A DNA stretch of 64,000 nucleotides from assembly GCF_040564635.1 (NCBI RefSeq), contig NZ_CP159837.1:419801-483800 (forward strand), in the 5' to 3' direction. Of the stretch, positions 59,901 to 64,000 are shown piece by piece; position 1 is the first letter of the stretch; each line of letters opens with the position of its first letter. A program made the translations under genes and the position numbers. The notes below the pieces were generated by a model. That model saw only the letters and a program-made list of their open reading frames with translations. It did no database searches and was not told where the DNA came from. The DNA comes from Planktothricoides raciborskii GIHE-MW2 (lineage in GTDB: Bacteria > Cyanobacteriota > Cyanobacteriia > Cyanobacteriales > Laspinemataceae).

Positions 59901-62900
59901 GCAACCTCGTCTCTGGCCTTGAAAAGTTGCAACTATATTGAATCCCTATTAGGGATTGAAACCTAAACTTTCAATCTCAACTTTACGGGAGATAAGAGGG
60001 TTGCAACTATATTGAATCCCTATTAGGGATTGAAACGCAGTTGGGCCGAAGTCGAGGGACTTTTAGGATTCACGTTGCAACTATATTGAATCCCTATTAG
60101 GGATTGAAACTTTGGGGTGAAATCAGACCTAGATTCATTAGCTTTAGTGTTGCAACTATATTGAATCCCTATTAGGGATTGAAACATTAAGCCCGTGCCG
60201 AGGCTGATAGATATCATCCAAAATGTTGCAACTATATTGAATCCCTATTAGGGATTGAAACATTGCGATCGCACCCAAGGGGGGGGGTGATCGTGGGTGT
60301 TGCAACTATATTGAATCCCTATTAGGGATTGAAACGACAAATGCAGCGGGCACTGATAGGATGTAATTGCGATGTTGCAACTATATTGAATCCCTATTAG
60401 GGATTGAAACGACTAAAAAGACAACTGAAAATAAATGAGGAAAATGTTGCAACTATATTGAATCCCTATTAGGGATTGAAACCCTCTGTATAGATCGCGA
60501 AAAGATAGAAAGTTTCTGTGTTGCAACTATATTGAATCCCTATTAGGGATTGAAACAAATTCGCTAGTCGTACGCAAGTACGCGAAAGCTTAGTTGCAAC
60601 TATATTGAATCCCTATTAGGGATTGAAACAAGTTCTTGATGATGCTCCAGTTTTTTATTGCCATTTTGTTGCAACTATATTGAATCCCTATTAGGGATTG
60701 AAACTACGGATTAAACCTTTGAAGGAAAATATCAAGCTTTTGCGGTTGCAACTATATTGAATCCCTATTAGGGATTGAAACGGAACACACCCACAATGGC
60801 TCAACAAACATATTTTGGTTGCAACTATATTGAATCCCTATTAGGGATTGAAACCTCTGGTTTATATATATAATTCTAGCGACCTGGTTGTTGCAACTAT
60901 ATTGAATCCCTATTAGGGATTGAAACACGGATTAAGCCACTCAAAGAAAATATCAAGCTTTTGGTTGCAACTATATTGAATCCCTATTAGGGATTGAAAC
61001 AGCGATCGCATCCGCATCCACATCCGAGGTCGGGGTCGGTTGCAACTATATTGAATCCCTATTAGGGATTGAAACATCGTATCCCCGTCTGAAATGCGAT
61101 CAACTTGCCACGTTGCAACTATATTGAATCCCTATTAGGGATTGAAACCCAGATGGGGTTGACTGCGATCGATTCAGCGGCGGCGGTTGCAACTATATTG
61201 AATCCCTATTAGGGATTGAAACAAGTGGGCCGGGGGTGGGTGGGTGGGCGTGTTGGTTTTGTTGCAACTATATTGAATCCCTATTAGGGATTGAAACGAT
61301 TTTCTCCTGATTTTGGTGTTTGCGGTGAGTATTGTTGCAACTATATTGAATCCCTATTAGGGATTGAAACAAGTGGGCCGGGGGGCGGGCGGGTGGGCGC
61401 GTTGGTTGCAACTATATTGAATCCCTATTAGGGATTGAAACACCGCCGACGATTACCCCGGCCTATACCGCAATGGAAAGTTGCAACTATATTGAATCCC
61501 TATTAGGGATTGAAACTCAAATACTTATCGAGGTTTGGTCGGAAATGAATAGTGGTTGCAACTATATTGAATCCCTATTAGGGATTGAAACCAAGGTGAA
61601 GCGATCGCCATTCCGGGATAAAACATGGGTTGCAACTATATTGAATCCCTATTAGGGATTGAAACTGGAAATCTTGATCGGAGAGGGTAGCCGGTGCTAT
61701 GCCGTTGCAACTATATTGAATCCCTATTAGGGATTGAAACGTCAAACTTAGCGCTGATGCGGGTTTTAAAGTTTTTTGGTTGCAACTATATTGAATCCCT
61801 ATTAGGGATTGAAACTTTGCGATTTAAGCGGGGTGAGGCTGAAAAGCTTGTTGCAACTATATTGAATCCCTATTAGGGATTGAAACAGGGTAAAGCGATC
61901 GCCATTCCGACTAAGAACATGGCGGTTGCAACTATATTGAATCCCTATTAGGGATTGAAACTTGGGTATTTCCGACAAAAGGGAAAAATTAAAAGTCGGG
62001 TTGCAACTATATTGAATCCCTATTAGGGATTGAAACGCGATTTGAACGCGCGATCGAGGGCTTATGAGGCTTTTGTTGCAACTATATTGAATCCCTATTA
62101 GGGATTGAAACGGATTAAATCTTGTTGGGGCAGCGACTCCAGAATGTTGCAACTATATTGAATCCCTATTAGGGATTGAAACACACTCTAACCAAGTGCA
62201 AAAAAGTGCAGGGCAAGCGTTGCAACTATATTGAATCCCTATTAGGGATTGAAACCTCGGGCTAATGAAAGTAAAACTATTTATGTTTCCAGTTGCAACT
62301 ATATTGAATCCCTATTAGGGATTGAAACGATTAAGAGTTAGAGAATTTGCTTGCAAGTTGGCTGTGGTTGCAACTATATTGAATCCCTATTAGGGATTGA
62401 AACCGCAGCATTTCCAGGGATATTCCCAGATATTTGAGCGGTTGCAACTATATTGAATCCCTATTAGGGATTGAAACACATTTTGCATAATTTTTTCACC
62501 AATTATCTTACATAGTTGCAACTATATTGAATCCCTATTAGGGATTGAAACAAGTCCGACGGGGGTTGTTCAAGACCCGATTACAAAAGTTGCAACTATA
62601 TTGAATCCCTATTAGGGATTGAAACGGAAACAGATTTTTTGTCGAATATCCCCAGCAAATGTTGCAACTATATTGAATCCCTATTAGGGATTGAAACGTA
62701 AGAGGTCTGATGGGTGCAGCCGCAGGTGCCGCGTTGCAACTATATTGAATCCCTATTAGGGATTGAAACGTAATCAAAGGTGATTCCAGCAAAGAATCTT
62801 ATTGGTTGCAACTATATTGAATCCCTATTAGGGATTGAAACGATTCTGGGTAAGCAGTCCCAACAACCATAAAGCTAGGGTTGCAACTATATTGAATCCC

Positions 62901-64000
62901 TATTAGGGATTGAAACGCTTGGAAAGCAGGGAAGCAATGCCCCACATCCGCGAGTTGCAACTATATTGAATCCCTATTAGGGATTGAAACCAGCCGAACC
63001 ACTGGTGAGGCAATCCTCCGGCAAGTTGCAACTATATTGAATCCCTATTAGGGATTGAAACAACCACCTTCGCGGATGTGGGGCATTGCTTCCCTGCTTT
63101 CCAGTTGCAACTATATTGAATCCCTATTAGGGATTGAAACATCTCGGTTACAAACCACTCTAATTTTGATGTTTTGTTGCAACTATATTGAATCCCTATT
63201 AGGGATTGAAACTTTCCCGTGCCTGTGGGGGGGGATAGCAATACAAAAGTTGCAACTATATTGAATCCCTATTAGGGATTGAAACGTAAAATGGTCGTTT
63301 TTTGCGGGTAAGTATTGATCGAGTTGCAACTATATTGAATCCCTATTAGGGATTGAAACATATAAGAATTCGGAAGTGCTGGTGCCATTGAATTCATCAA
63401 GTTGCAACTATATTGAATCCCTATTAGGGATTGAAACCTCTACATCTTTGGGTGGGTAGTAGTCTCCTCGCGGTTGCAACTATATTGAATCCCTATTAGG
63501 GATTGAAACTTAATGACTCAATCTCAGATTCTAGGGATTGAATGTTGCAACTATATTGAATCCCTATTAGGGATTGAAACCATTTCCGATTGCTCCCGAA
63601 CCTTGACAAGTATTGTTGCAACTATATTGAATCCCTATTAGGGATTGAAACGCCTTCCGTGCGGATAACTATTACTTTGTACCCAGTTGCAACTATATTG
63701 AATCCCTATTAGGGATTGAAACCGGATTCTTATCGCGATCAGCCAGCGGGCTACAGTTAGTTGCAACTATATTGAATCCCTATTAGGGATTGAAACGCTC
63801 TCTGCTTTCCGATTGAGCGATTCTTCGGAGACGACGGAGTTGCAACTATATTGAATCCCTATTAGGGATTGAAACTTCCTATTGATTGCTACTTATTTTT
63901 GATTTAGTCTATGTTGCAACTATATTGAATCCCTATTAGGGATTGAAACCAGGACTTTGGATTCTCAGCAGTGTAGGAGTGATAGAGTTGCAACTATATT
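47987..64000 (+). CRISPR. CRISPR array of about 218 repeat-spacer units. Repeat 37 bp GTTGCAACTATATTGAATCCCTATTAGGGATTGAAAC, spacers about 33-45 bp. The array continues beyond the window end.
   Basis: The repeat is perfectly conserved from the first copy at 47987 to the truncated copy at 63976-64000. It has an internal palindrome AATCCCTA..TAGGGATT and a 3' ATTGAAAC, the typical 5'-handle precursor of Cas6-processed crRNAs. This orients transcription on the + strand, with the leader on the dusA side. No cas genes lie within the window. Confidence 0.98.

Noticed and set aside
47987-64000. About 25 short ORFs (60-116 aa) on both strands inside the array, for example 51652..51837, 53347..53568, 56431..56709 and 61802..62152
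   Set aside because: All are translations of the CRISPR repeat. The peptides CNYIESLLGIET and FQSLIGIQYSCN recur in every one, so these are repeat artefacts.
47987-64000. Self-targeting spacers against this window
   Set aside because: I looked for spacer matches to the other 48 kb by eye and found none that were convincing. One spacer, 58568-58605, is only a low-complexity CT-rich string. Without an alignment tool this is unverified rather than excluded.

Overview
This 64 kb window is a cyanobacterial chromosome segment. HIP1 octamers (GCGATCGC) are very dense, STRR-type heptamer repeats occur throughout, and the genes include an OCP/CrtW/FRP photoprotection cluster, ChlH, XisH/XisI and SLH proteins. 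Read left to right, the window holds: (1) the 5' end of a contractile-injection-system (eCIS/tCIS-like) operon, a DUF4255 (Pvc16_N)-like gene followed by a tail-sheath gene that runs off the left edge. (2) A divergent two-component pair, a sensor histidine kinase and a NarL-type response regulator. (3) A P-loop NTPase and an Rpn-family PD-(D/E)XK nuclease. (4) The Mg-chelatase H subunit (ChlH), then a degraded toxin-antitoxin-like islet (DUF433, DUF5615, DUF6883, DUF4926), then a TPR plus GUN4-domain protein. (5) A 467-aa protein of unknown function bracketed on both sides by paired MITE-like palindromic elements. (6) The orange carotenoid protein, beta-carotene ketolase CrtW and the fluorescence recovery protein. 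(7) An AT-rich accessory island holding a short NB-ARC/STAND NTPase, two unknown proteins, PIN/AbrB and Panacea-domain TA modules, a HigA-like gene and xisH/xisI. (8) Housekeeping genes phoH, a KH-domain protein, rpsP and ffh. (9) A 1234-aa TpsA/filamentous-hemagglutinin-type exoprotein and a candidate small toxin/immunity pair. (10) bioF, an SLH-domain protein, a B12-binding radical SAM enzyme and a DUF218 protein. (11) tRNA-Glu(UUC) and dusA. (12) Immediately after dusA, a CRISPR array of about 218 identical 37-bp repeats (GTTGCAACTATATTGAATCCCTATTAGGGATTGAAAC) that fills the last 16 kb, runs off the right edge and has no cas genes in the window. Several dispersed small-repeat families punctuate the intergenic regions: the AGAAACC(C/G)GGTTTCT palindrome, the GTAGGGGCGAA...TTCGCCCCTAC hairpin MITEs, and the GTAGGTTGGGTT...AACCCAACCTAC MITEs. 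The most interesting candidates for something new are the STAND NTPase with its divergent unknown two-gene operon in the AT-rich island, the MITE-bracketed 467-aa gene, the Panacea-associated unknown partner gene, and the internal structure of the giant CRISPR array. That structure includes families of spacer variants, a pair of overlapping reverse-complement spacers, an adjacent spacer duplication and one aberrant unit with a truncated repeat.
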